A DNA stretch of 64,000 bases, from the NCBI GenBank assembly GCA_965112155.1, contig OZ218099.1. One strand, given 5' to 3'. The translations under genes were made by a program, and so were the position numbers. Below are positions 35,303 to 48,090 of the stretch, piece by piece. The notes under the pieces are model-generated. The model saw only the letters and a program-made list of their open reading frames with translations. It made no database searches and was not told where the DNA came from. The stretch's first letter is position 1; every line of letters begins with the position of its first letter. Source of the DNA: Podarcis liolepis (lineage: Eukaryota).

Positions 35303-36635
35303 CTATTGAAGCCAAGGAACAGGGTGTCAATATCAGCCCACACCTACTGAAACGGCATAAAAACTGATCCATTAAAGTCTTCTTGGCCAATACAACTGAG
35401 CAGATGCATTCACTTCAGAAGGATGAAATGAGTGTGCACAAATCTACGTCCTGACAGAATCACCGTTACACCCAACAGGCGGCACCCATGAAGTGAATGG
35501 CATTTTCCTTTTGCGTAAAGGCTAAGGCAACAAAGGCACCTCATGAACAAGGAGAAATAGTATGAAGAACGAGGAAAGAAGCACATGCTGGCAAAAAAGA
35601 CCGGATGACTTGGGTAAGCTCTTGAATCAGTAATGAAACCCAAATCAAGAGATAGGGTGATAAATGCAAGTGTTATATAAAAGAAATCCAACTTTTTAGC
35701 AGCAACACTGTATTGAATATGTTCTACAAGATCCTTTCCATAGCATATGCCAGTATTAAGCAAGGCCCCTGTGAACTCTGCAATCAGAAATTTGCGCCCA
35801 ACCTGGCAGTGTAGATTGTCAATCACAACCAGAATGCTGAAAGTGATAAGGATTAAGTGAATTCTAGGATCTAGAAGTCATTGTCAGTCTTAGTTTGTGG
35901 AGGCTTCAGCACACTGCATACCTGAACGATGGAACAATTTCTAAAGAATTGCCCCAACACTTTCATCAGCCATTGAGGTACCTACAAATTCTCTGAAAGT
36001 CCTCTGGCTTTTCGGTTCAAAATGAAAACTGAATGAAATTTGCCTCAGTCTCTTCCCTTCAAATATACGTGTGTTGGATGGGAAACCACTGTCCGCCTTT
36101 TTTTTTTAAAAAAAACAACACACCAAACTATTATGCACTCTGCAAGTTATGGGGACAGTGCAAAAGGAAGTCCCTTCCTTTACAACCACAAAATAAATTT
36201 CAGTGGCAAAGGAATAAAACCTCTGCCAACCTAGGTGGATTTGGAAAACAGCTTGCACAAATCTGATGGTGAGAAGAACAGTTTCAAAGGATCCATCCAT
36301 ACTTCGTTCAAGCCTTGTGGAAGCAATCCTAAATTCAATATTACAGCAGCCAAAATTAAGCTACTCAGCTCTGTGTAATGTTTGGACTGACAACAAATAG
36401 CCTGTTTACATAGTTTTGACCCTTGGAAGAATTGGGACTATTCTTTTGATGCACAGTTCATAGGGACCTGTTATTAAGTCAAACTGCAGCAGCGGTGATG
36501 TTTTGACATGCAACAAGAGGTTAATCATTACAGACAAAGACCTTGATAGTGGACTGGATTCTACAGTTCTTCACTCAGAGGCCATTTTTAGTTGCTAAAA
36601 TGTTGATCTTTGCTGCCTGACCCATTTCAATTCCC

Positions 36636-36674
36636 TGCCGCCACCGCCACCGCCGCCACCACCACCACCACCAC
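36636..36674. repeat. (CCG/CCA)n trinucleotide repeat
   Basis: GCCGCCACCGCCACCGCCGCCACCACCACCACCACCAC. Confidence 0.85.
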
Positions 36675-37135
36675 GTGAAGTGGGGTAAGCTAGCTGAAAA
36701 ATTCCCACAGAGTACAAAGTACAGGCACTCTACATCTCTGCTGTGGTCCTGCCTTTGTTTTAACACACTCTCAAGACAAGCAGAAGGAAGCATCCCGTTA
36801 GGAGGACCCAGTGTGAACTCTTCATTCAAGGTGGTTCAGAAGAGAATCCTCTCGCTCAGTCGAAAATATGAACAGCTGGATTATCCAGATGATCTGACCC
36901 ATGTGGATAATCAGTTTGCTAATGTAATTAACAAAGTAAAGGGCTATGGAATCAAATGAACACAAAAGCAGCAGGGAGAAGAGAAATAAGGTAGTGAGAG
37001 ATTAGTGTAATGTGGAGTTATAACAATGGCGGGGAGAGGGAGAGCGCCCAATAATAGGATCTAAGCAACAAGAATTCAGTCTGACCGAAAAGCAAAAGGA
37101 ACAGCCTCTACAGGTTGGCAACAAGCTACAGATTG

Positions 37136-37138
<3 letters not shown>

Positions 37139-37182
<44 letters not shown>
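37139..37182. repeat. (AC)n microsatellite
   Basis: About 22 perfect AC units. Confidence 0.97.
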
Positions 37183-37184
<2 letters not shown>

Positions 37185-38812
37185 CATTTTGCTCTGCTGA
37201 AGCTCCTTCTATCGTCAAGACAAAAAGATCAATCAATGGATAAGCTTTAGAACTGCTGCTCTCACAGGCATCCATTCATTTTCTATCCATGCAACCATTT
37301 AGAAGTCCCCTGTAAAGAGTCTAGAGGCACAGTTTCATCTTCATTGTCAGTTTGAAAATGTTTTTTTAATCTTTGGCTGCTTGTGGGAAAGGGACGAGAG
37401 TAAAAGGATGCATTAATGCTCTGTTCTAATCATACTTAAATTAGGCAATTAAAAGACAATATTAGCCAAACTTTTCACAGTACTGGATACTGGTGTGTGA
37501 TTGAGTTTTATTGCTCTATCCAGTTTTAAGTTATTTTAAGGTTTATAGCTGTGAAAATGTTTGATCCGATTTCTGCTAAGATACAAGGAGTCTGTGAGTG
37601 ATAAAAAACCTTTCATTTATATCCTCCTCAGGGAAATGGACTTGCTGAAAGTGCTGGAAGGCACGTTATTTAAAGTTCTAGTTCTGCAACAACACTTCTT
37701 GCAGACTCTCAACTATTTAAAAAAGACTCACATGTTTTGTTGCAATAGGGTACTATAATTAACTTTAAATTTGCTCAGGAATGCAGGTCTTATATAAGAC
37801 ACAACAGTCAATTCTAACTTTTAATAGCAAACATGTACGGTAATAAACTTGTGATTAGCAGAACTAAGGCCTCCTTCAGATGTGGCATTTCTCCTATACC
37901 TGGTACAATTCCAAATTGGTTAAGATTCAATGGCATGGTTCATAAATCAAGGCAAGCCAAAGACAGTAAGCTTATGGAGGCTGCAAATTTGAGGACTCCC
38001 AGAGAACAGCTAGCAGCTGCTCATCTTCTCCCAAATCTTGTGTACCCCTACATCAGATTTTTTAAATTATTGTCTGTTTGGCTGTACGTCACTTTGGGCT
38101 GCCCTGGACAAGATCAAGTCACTAACAAATTTAATAAATAAAAATAAATTAATAAAATGCTAAGCCAAAGTTTGGCTGAGCATGTCAGCCAAGCTCAGGC
38201 TGGTCGACAAGTTCTTTTTCGCTAACCATGAGTTGTACGGGATTTTCTTGGCCAAAGTTCATAGTTATAGTAAGGAGAAGGCTTAAGCACAAGTCCAGGT
38301 TTAGATGATGCACTGAGCTAACACTTAGCTTAGAAGCAGAAGCCTGCATATTTGAGTAGTCCTGGTAAGTCACTGCTTGGTTTACAGACATATACACCAG
38401 GCTAGTGAATTAGCAGAAAAAAACAGAAGGCTAAACAAGGCATGTACTCTGTCCTTTACTGGGAGATGATTTCCAAGCGAGAAAAAAATGCCACATGAAG
38501 GACCTTAAGTATTCCAGTACCACACTGTAGGTTACACTGCAAATATACCATCTGGTCTATCGACCGTTATGGAGCAATTCTAATGAAGTACTATAATTTT
38601 TCAGGCGGGGGGGGGGAATAGTTTTAATTAATTTGAAGCACACCTACTACTAAGGTTATCTGCAAGGTAGAAGGAAATAAAGTGCTGAAAGACATGAAAA
38701 GCCACCCAATTTGATGTCCCCGCAGGAGTGAATCCAAACCCACCCGCCAAGCTGGTGTCTCGTGAGAATGGACTCACCCAGTGCTGCTTTCCAACGAGAA
38801 GGAGACGAGCAG

Positions 38813-38845
38813 CTACTTGCCATGGTGTTCGAAAGGAATGCTATT
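38813..38845 (-). CDS. CSNK1D: Casein kinase I delta, alternative delta2 exon (exon spans 38778-38845)
   Basis: CCCCACCTCAG|AATAGCATTCCTTTCGAACACCATGGCAAGTAG = NSIPFEHHGK*, the known delta2 tail; donor TGG|GTGAGT at 38778/38777. Confidence 0.95.
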   Translation of the reverse strand, partial: NSIPFEHHGK

Positions 38846-40594
38846 CTGAGGTGGGGGGAAAAGACAGCCATTTGTAACAATTCCACTGCCCAATATATAA
38901 TCCCCAACTATGATTCTAACTGGAGCTGCTCTGAATTTGGAATGGTTCTTGATTCAGAGGCCTCGCAGACACTGATTCTTCAGCGATTTGAAAGCCCCTA
39001 CAAAGCTGACAACTTCCTGACTTTAAGGAATGTGTTTTCAACAACTAGTGGTTTAAAGAAAGGCTGCTTCGGCAGCAGGTGGCAACCAACAGTTTTTGGA
39101 GGTGCTATTTGTTCCAGTAACTCTCAGCTCAAAAGCATCACCATCATGTTAACTGTTTATCGCCAGCACTGGCCACTGATTCAAAAAACATTTTCCTGTG
39201 TAACAGCGACTACTCTGCACAGTATTTCAAAACTCTTTGCAACGGAAGAGAACCCTCATCTCATTAGCACTAAAGTGTGTACCAGCTCAATCTGAAGCCA
39301 GCCTTCAGGCTGTGATCCCCAAACATGCATATGGGCACAACTTTGAGAGTTAAAGCAGCAGGCCTCTTACACTCTCTCCATGACAGCACACAACTTAGAT
39401 CTTGCAGGCTTACTAACATTACAGATCCACCACATCTGTGTTTGTAACACTGGCAATTCAAAAGAATCTCATATTCTCAGGGAAACAGGTTTGATGTACA
39501 ATACATTTCTAAAGCTAATAAATGCCAAGTTTTTCATTCAATCTGGTCAAGTAGAGTTAGTAGGGATCACAGCTTCCTGATTCAAGTCTATCCCCCCCCA
39601 ATGGTTCTCAATGCCCCCTTTCCTTTATGCACTGAGCAGTTAACACATGTTCACACTTATACATACACCAACACTTAGCAGCTGGAGGTGGAGCTTATCT
39701 ATGTAAAAAAAAGTGGGGCGAGGGGAGAGAAAGGCCCTCTTACTTTGGGGGCAATCACTGCAACATCAGAAGAAACATTCAGTTTAAGCCTTAAATGCCC
39801 TCTACCCATCTCCAAGTATGTAAAGCTAAATTCAGCAAAATTGCAGCAAAAGTTTTTATTGCAGTCTAAGCCATCTAGAAGTGAGAGGGTCAACTGTTTA
39901 TTCATAGAAGGCACATCAGCACTTCTCATCCTTCAGAAGATGGCCAAGCTTGAAAGACATCGCATTCTTCATAAATGAGTTTGAAAAAGGCACTATGCCA
40001 TTCAGGTAGCAAAAAGGAAATCTGTGTACATGATAATCAAGAACGTGACCAATTTTGTTTTCTAACCAAAACAAAGATGCCCCTGCATCTTTCCCATGGT
40101 AATGGAAAAGGACAACCAGAATTTCCAAAAGAACAGAACCTCTGAACATGTTTGGGAAAACTTGTGTTTAAAACAATAAGAGAGAAAGATTAGAACACAC
40201 CTGATGAATCAAATGTTACATCATTTAATTAAAGGCCCGCTTTTACAGAAGAATTTGAAGTAAAAGGAATGGCTAAGGGAAGACCTCCAAAAACCACTAC
40301 CTATATAGCAGCATTACATGTGCATAATGAGCAAATAAAGTTCATTGATTAAGATAAAGCAATACTGAGGATATGGATCAATTCACGGAACCGTCAGCTG
40401 AAATTCCCTTAGGAACAAGGGGCCATTAGGCCACGTGCACTACCACCACATGTGCTACGATATGCTATGGCATGCAGATTTACAGCTGCAACTGTTCCAT
40501 CTATGGTAGTGTGCATGCACAAATACAGAATCATATCATGAGTATGATGGGGAGTGTCCCTGCAGCTTCACTACACACAAAACTGCTGGCCAGC

Positions 40595-40682
40595 AATTCA
40601 TTAAAACAGACTTTAGGCCAAGAGTGAGAAGAATAATTTCATTAAAACAGCCTTTAGCCCACGAGTGAGAATCTAATTTCAT
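40595..40682. repeat. Diverged ~41-bp tandem duplication
   Basis: Two copies of TTCATTAAAACAGMCTTTAGSCCAMGAGTGAGAA..TAAT. Confidence 0.85.
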
Positions 40683-43371
40683 GCAGGAAGGGAGAAAAGA
40701 TAGACAGGTGGTTGGGAAGCCAAGAGAGATGAAGCAATGGAGGGTAGAGAAGCCCTAGGTAAGCAATTCGTTCAGACCACTAGCCAAAGAGGGAAAATTG
40801 TCAAGAAGGGGCAAGGAGAAGAGAAGCTGAAATGGAGAGCCATGGAGGAGAGGAAGCCATCTAAAGCTATCAGTTCAAACCTTTGGCAACAGTGATCTGT
40901 CCTTCTCCAGCCAGCCTGCTAATGCGAGAGAAAAGTAGGTGGCCTGTTCACTTTTGGCTTTGGCCTTGTCCACTGCCATCATGTTGCCCACCTCCAGATT
41001 AATCAGAAGGGAATGTGGCCAGTTATTCAACAACAACAAAAGGGAATAGGGCCCACCCCCTGCACATTAGATAATAGGCCTATGAATCCAAGTATGTGTC
41101 AAGACTATTCTCCAGAGGGAGCAGTCCTCTTTTTGTATTTTCTCAAAAGGCAGAGCCTCCGTAGTCCATTTTTTGTTGAAGTGATAAACTTGTGTGTGGG
41201 TGTGGGTTGTACCTCTTCAGATCACGAATGGGGGCTGACATTAACAAAATAGTCCTTCATACAAGAGATTCACTTCATTTGTAGAAGTAGGTCAGGGAAA
41301 AGGCTAGGACCCTTCCACCAAACATCTAGTTTTCCATGTGGAAAGATTTGAGAGGTTTGTGTACTGAGTAACATTTGGTCATCAGTGCCCCCAACTGTAG
41401 TCTGGAGGTATGCATATGATTGAGGTGGGGTTTTCTTGCCAACCAGAATGCCAACCATTTTCAGATTTAGACATACCTTGTGTATTTTTTGTTCCAAGAA
41501 ACCCTGCTCCATTTCCAATATTCTCTTCCCAACCACTATGATTTTGAAGGTGGAAAAACTGATTGCACTTCTGCATTGCAGCCTGGCTTTCCTTCTATTC
41601 ATCCTCTAGGGAAGGCTTTTGCCCACCCTACTTTATGACTCTCTAACTTTAGCAACCAGCATGAACCACAACATTAGTCTTTCCATTTGATCTCTTATAT
41701 GGCCACTAAGTATGGAATCGTGTCACTTGGCCCACAACCACCTACCATACCAATTGGAAGGAATTTTTGGCAGAGGCCAAAGCATGAATCTGGTCAATGT
41801 AAAGGACCTAGAAGTTTAGCAGTTTTATTTAATACTGTACAGTAGAATTCAAACAATTTGAGAAGAAAATTGTCCCTCTTAAATCACTTCTCTGATCTTT
41901 ATTAACTCTTCTTTCTTCACCATCTTCTGCCTTTTGTCTCATTTGCTCTTCCTTCTGCCTTTCTTTCTCTGCAGCAACTTCAAATTCTCAGCTCCCCGCA
42001 GGCTCCACATACAACCCATCCCCTGGTGTACCTGCTAGAGTGGTCACCAAGGAAATAGTTAATGTTGACCATAAGATATCATTACTGGGATTTTATGCTG
42101 ACAGATAAAATATTACTGGGGTCCCAGATAAGAATTCACATAATTTAATCATGTTTGAGATACTTCGGAGCTGTGGAAGAGGCTGTTGTGCTTGGATTGG
42201 AACTATGAAATATATATATATATATGTCTCATGGCAACATAAGCATACCTACTGCAAGAATTGTGATTTGTTAGGAAAGCAGGGTCTTCATGACCAAGGG
42301 AAACTCTCTAAAAGTGGTAGCAAAGAAATTAGTACTAAAGTGGAAATCTTCAAAGGAAAGAAGACAGCAAGACCTTTAATCTTTCAGTGTGTCAGCACAG
42401 AGATTTGCAGAAAGGGACATCACACATTTGTATACTGTAGTTCTGTTAAGGGACTAGCCAACCTGTGTTTTGTTGCTGCTAAACCTCTACACCACAATGC
42501 TGAACTCCCCGCCCCCACAGGCTACCATGAACAGCACTAAAGGATAGCATGGGGAAAGCAGTTCAAGCCAGTAACCAGGAAGGATGCATAGGCAGACAAC
42601 TGATGTAAAATTACTGGCAGAGAGCCAGAAGAATAGCCAGTTTTCTGCTGATAGAAGCACACCAGTGTTACAGTGGCAAAGGAAGTGTGGGCTGGTACCA
42701 TTTGCTACTTAGCAGGGGCAACTCACTCACCCCAGGAAAGTGGCAAATTTCAAAAGCGCAGCCAATTTCATTGAAGAAACAACTGCACTACACTCCGTAC
42801 ATTTTCATTTCCAAACTCAAAAGCCTCAAGTTTGGCTAGAAGGATATTTTTGAAACAGTATTTAAAAGCTATTGTGATAGACCAATCTCTTTTCATTCAG
42901 GAAGTGCTGGATTCCATACTCTTAATCTTCATTCTCTTCTGCAAGAGTCTGAATAGAAAATGTAGGTCACAGAAATTTCATACATTTGTGACTTAGCAAA
43001 GAGGGTCATTTGTAATTGCATGAAGTACGCAGTGTAATGCTCCACTGCATTACAATCACCATTTTGTGAAGCACCTTGCTCAGTTTTTGGGGAAAAAAAT
43101 AGTTGCACATTACAGATTATTCAAACAATTTATGAAATACATGCCCTTTGCTAGGAAGAATGAGGTACACGCGAGAGGGCTCATATACCAAGATGCTTCA
43201 TTTTGTAGCAGACAGGGATCATATACCAAGGAACATCAGTGCCATCAGACTAATCATCCTTCGAAGTTTTTATAGTCAGTGGAAGCTAACATGATCTACT
43301 ACAGAAACTGGGAGTGGATCCTTTTTGGTTTGAATTCCACTGTTTAACCCACAACTACTTCTTACATAGCA

Positions 43372-43723
43372 GGGACGCAGGTGGCGCTGTGGGTTAAACC
43401 ACAGAGCCTAGGACTTGCTGATCAGAAGGTCAGCGGATTAAATCCCCGCAATGGGGTGAGCTCCCGTTGCTCGGTCCCTGCTCCTGTCAACCTAGCAGTT
43501 CGAAAGCACGTCAAAGTGCAAGTAGATAAATAGGTACTGCTCTGGCGGGAAGATAAACAGCGTTTCCATGCGCTGCTCTGGTTCGCCAGAAGTGGCTTAG
43601 TCATGCTGGCCACATGACCCGGAAGCTGTACGCCAGCTCCCTCGGTCAATAAAGCGAGATGAGTGCTGCAACCCCAGAGTCATCCACGACTGGACCTAAT
43701 GGTCAGGGGTCCCTTTACCTTTT
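43372..43723 (+). mobile_element. Sauria SINE, full length, antisense to CSNK1D
   Basis: GGGACGCAGGTGGCGCTGTGG...CCCTTTACCTTT; TSD TACTTCTTACATA at 43356-43368 and 43724-43736. Confidence 0.93.
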
Positions 43724-46700
43724 TACTTCTTACATATATGGAGAAGTAGCACCCCGTTGTCCAGTTAAGTACAAGGAAGGGCAATGGCAGCAAAGCAGCT
43801 GGAGAGGGCTACAGCTAGTAGAAGGGAATTTACCTTAATCAGTTTGGAATTTATCTACTCGGATTTTCACTTTGGGGATTCTCAACCTTTAATGAGCCAG
43901 GTTTCCAAGATACTTATATTTACAAGATGAACCAACTGAAGTTTTAGTCTCGTTTGGCTCATAACCTGTCAGGTGTTTTTGGAACGAGGTCCTGAGAACA
44001 GAATGAGCAGTCGTCTCATCCTGAAATACTGTGAATATGTTTAAAGTATGTTTCTGAATCAGTTGTTAAGCTTTTAAATAAACTATTTTACTTTAAACAA
44101 GTAAACAAAAAAGTGAACAATCTGCACTAAATTCATGAGCTGGTAGAACTATTACACACTCATGAAAGATTTGAAGGGGATGGAGGGTTGGTCTATTGAC
44201 ACATTTTTTGTAATTGGTCCTAGGATCTCTGCTGGAGCAGTACAGAAATATTTCAAACTACTTTTTTCCCATTTAACACAGCCAAGGCAAACTTCACAGT
44301 TCCACACCCATTTTTTATAAGGTAGTCATTTCAGATGAAAATGACCAATTAAATGTGCAATGCAAACCATCATCACAAACAGAGAGCTAGGAAAGAGACA
44401 CCCTGATCTAGACAAGACTTCTTGGACGTTTACTGCCTTCTAAGTTCAATGATCAAAAACAACAAGATTTGCAGATATTAGATGCAATTCATTCTGCTTT
44501 TCAATGGCCCTGATGTAAAGGAAAGCAAGGAACTACACTTCAGAGTCTAAAAGTGCTTTATTCCAGGTCATTTAAGTTGTTAAAATACGCACTTTCTTCC
44601 TCTTCCTTCGAGGTCTGCTGGAGCTTGGCTTTACAGATGGAAGATAAAAGAGATAGTCTCAAAACTCCAAAAGGTTTATTTTTCCTTCTTCAAAATTATC
44701 AAGTCTGCAATACACCCACAGGACACACTCATTTAAATCCTAGAGAGAAACATCTTCCCCAGCTCCATCCCAGCATGCAATGTCAGGATCTTAGAGTAGG
44801 GATCAAGGAGATCTTATCCACTGTGAATCTGGCCAGTGTATATTGAATGAAGGGGGAAATATGCTTTATACACCTCTTATTCATTTCCTGGAGTAGACAT
44901 TTGTTGGATATTAACAAGAGGAAAAAGAGATTCAGAGACTCATTCAAAAAGCTATCATCTGTTTTGCCTAAGACTGGAGGTAGCATTCAAATCAAGCAAA
45001 AGTATGGCGTTAAAAATGTATTTATAATCAGTATGATAAAGAATGCCTATTAGGTACAGACTCTAGGCTTCCAGAAAATCTTACTTGTGTTGTTTAAGGA
45101 CTGGATCTTTCATTTTGAAGCCTCAGTATATAGTATAATAAACTTTAATCACTTTATTGCGAACACTAGTGATGGGCGACAAAATCTGTGCTCCTATGGA
45201 GTTGAAACTTGAAATTCCATTTATTCTACATTAAAGACTGTCTTCCCAAAAGGCTTTTGCTCTTTGTATCAAATACTATTTAGCATTTGAGGAATTGTGA
45301 TGGTTCTGAGCTAGAGTCAAACTACATATCTTTAGCAGTAACTACTGGTCATAGGCAAAAGTTTATGATGGTTTTGATATAACAAAAGCAAAAAAACCAG
45401 AAGTTTTATTTACTTTTGTGAAGTAAACAAAGAACAATTCTATGCATCTTTACTCAAAAACCAAGTCCCAATGTGGTCAATAGAACTCACTATAGCCATG
45501 ATGTAAAACAATCTCACTTTTTTCTTACTGCAACAGTTAATCCAAACTAACCATAATCAACACATTTCCTCCTTTATACTTTTAACGAAAAAACTTTTAA
45601 CCCTCAATTATCTTTCCAACAAACAGGCACCACTGGTTTGAGGGTTTTCTATTTTTAAAGCTACTAAAAGCTCCTGTGTCATCTGCTGCCCTTGTCTAAC
45701 ATTTGTGACTGTTTGAGTTTTGATGCTTGGTGCTCTAAACACCAACTGCAACATCCACATTTATGTCCTGTTCAGCTGTAGAACCTTTTGCTCCTTTAGC
45801 ATTTCTTCAACTGACACAAAGTCAAAGATCAATTTGCCAATGCCTTCAAATGGCTCTTCTCCTGATCTGGCCTTCCCAAAATTCTAGTGTGTTCTCTGGT
45901 TCTCATACATACACCCTTCTCTTAGAATCAAACCTGAACAATATCACTGTTCAGAAATTCACAACTGGTTTTTTAGCTACTATTTTGGAATGAGAAAGCC
46001 TAGAGTCCCCTGCTGTGGCTTTCATGAGACAAAGCTTCATTTTGTAAAGTACTGTAGGACTTGCATGAAATCCAAGCCTTGTTTGGTTGTGTGGCACACA
46101 TATTGTGAGGGAATCTACAATGGAGTAAGAAACTGGAATGTTTCAAGCTACACATGTTAGTGAATATCCTCTCTTCAGGCACCAGACAAACATTTTCCTT
46201 CTGTTTGGAAACAAACAAAAAAATGACCAACAAAATGGAGTCAATTGTCATTCCACTGCACAACCATGCAGGATATGCATTTATCTTCCAAAAATACTCT
46301 TTCTTTTATACAACATTAATTTACACTTACAGCCTGTTATGTGAGCTGTGCTGTAATTCAACTGAAATACTCTGAACATATGCCACAGGTTATTAAAATA
46401 AACCAGTAATGCATGCTGTAGGCAATTCGTTACAATCTGCAATTAGCTGTCCCATGGTCAAGAAGGTTGCTTACTGCAGTCAGGTACAGACTCATTCACA
46501 ACAACTAGTCTAGTTTAGCTCCATACTTTCAACAAGGATGCATGCCCAGGGCTAATTTGGAAATCATTTTTTACTTCTAGCTTTAGTAAATTCTACAAGA
46601 AAAGAAAATCAAAGTAGTATGAATAGTACCATCACCTAACAAAGTAATACAAAGAATGCAAGACAGATCATTCCTCTTTCAACCTCGTATTTCACAGGCA

Positions 46701-47438
46701 TAACAATTTCAGTGCTACAGTAGCTTTAAGCACACTCCTCTTATACCGGATATGATTACAGATGGTCACTTATACCAGACAGAAGCTGGTAGCTATTTTC
46801 CATAAATGGCAATTTATTTGAAAATACAGCTCAAGCCATGTCAAAATTGCCAAATGGGTGCAACTTTGCAACTAGACACTACAGAACAAATGACTGATGA
46901 CTAAGGCTACAATTTACATTGCCCATGTGTAATATTGGACAAATTGAGTCTGTACTAAGGATAAAAGGAGAGCACTTATTGATCCTTCTTCGGCATGAAA
47001 TGTAACAAGTAATAGCTTTGATTCATTTGCACAAGGCTTCTGAGATCTGCAGTGTTTAGAAGAAAACATGACATTTAAGTCAGTTGATGATTCACATAGT
47101 ATAGTAAAAGTCACTGATATTTCCATGGCTGTTAAAAGTCTGTATCCTGCAAATACACAAATATCCAAAAAGGCATTAAACAAGGGAGGTATCCAGCCCT
47201 CAATTTTAATAACCTATACAACACCCTCCTTCACACTTAAACTTCAAGGTCAGAAAGCTAAGGACTTCACAAGTAGCAGTTCTTCAGCTAATTCAGATCA
47301 ACTAAGAGAATGGCATGTCTAAACATAATTGTGAGATGATCTATCCTACTCAAAGAGTATTTTTACTCTGATCTTGTCAAAGGACATTACTGAGCTCCTA
47401 GTCTTTTCCCCATAAAAAAAATCAGAACTGTTTTGTAC

Positions 47439-47578
47439 CTGTGAGGTTGACATGCGTGAGGTATCTTGTCGGCCTGTTAAATCAGACGAGGAGATATTGA
47501 CAGGGGCCCCACGATGCAATCGCATACTCACTTTCCGTTCTCTCTCCATTCCAGACACTGGCCGAGGAGATGTGTTTG
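47439..47578 (-). CDS. CSNK1D: Casein kinase I delta exon 8
   Basis: 140 nt; [47 protein letters not shown]; T17-GGTCAG acceptor and CAG|GTAC donor. Confidence 0.97.
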
Positions 47579-47918
47579 CTGACCAAAAAAAAAAAAAAAA
47601 ACTATTGCAATAAAGGGAAGCCGACAGAGGCATCACTTTATAAGCACCTTCATAATGTCAGAACTATTAAACCCATAAGGCACTCAGTCCCCTTTGAAGC
47701 CTAACTAGGGAGAGGCTTGTAAGTCAAGAAATTAATGTTATAAAATACTGTTCTTAAATGTTGAGGGTTGGATTCAAAGATAACCATGCCAAAACGGACT
47801 AGCAGAAGAAGAGTTTCCTACCCCCCAACCCCCTAAAAGCCTTGAGGTGTTGAATGGAGGCAAGAGGAAGAAGTGATTAACTAGAAGGCAGCCCACCTCA
47901 AGGCATTCTTTGGCTTAC

Positions 47919-48090
47919 CTGTATGTGAAGTTGGGGTAAGAGGGGTTGGTGGAGCTACATCTTGTGTCCCCCTCAGCCTTCCAGAGGCAGTGGAAGGTAA
48001 GCCACGAACTGCAGGATTTCGTGTGTGTCTCAGTCTTTCTTCTCTCTCTCTTCGTTCACGCTCAGCATCTTCGACTGCACGGCTTGCACC
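47919..48090 (-). CDS. CSNK1D: Casein kinase I delta exon 7
   Basis: 172 nt; [57 protein letters not shown]; AG/GT boundaries. Confidence 0.97.

Noticed and set aside
38762-39295. 177-aa plus-strand ORF
   Set aside because: It has a non-ATG start, is antisense to the delta2 exon and intron, and shows no recognisable domain.
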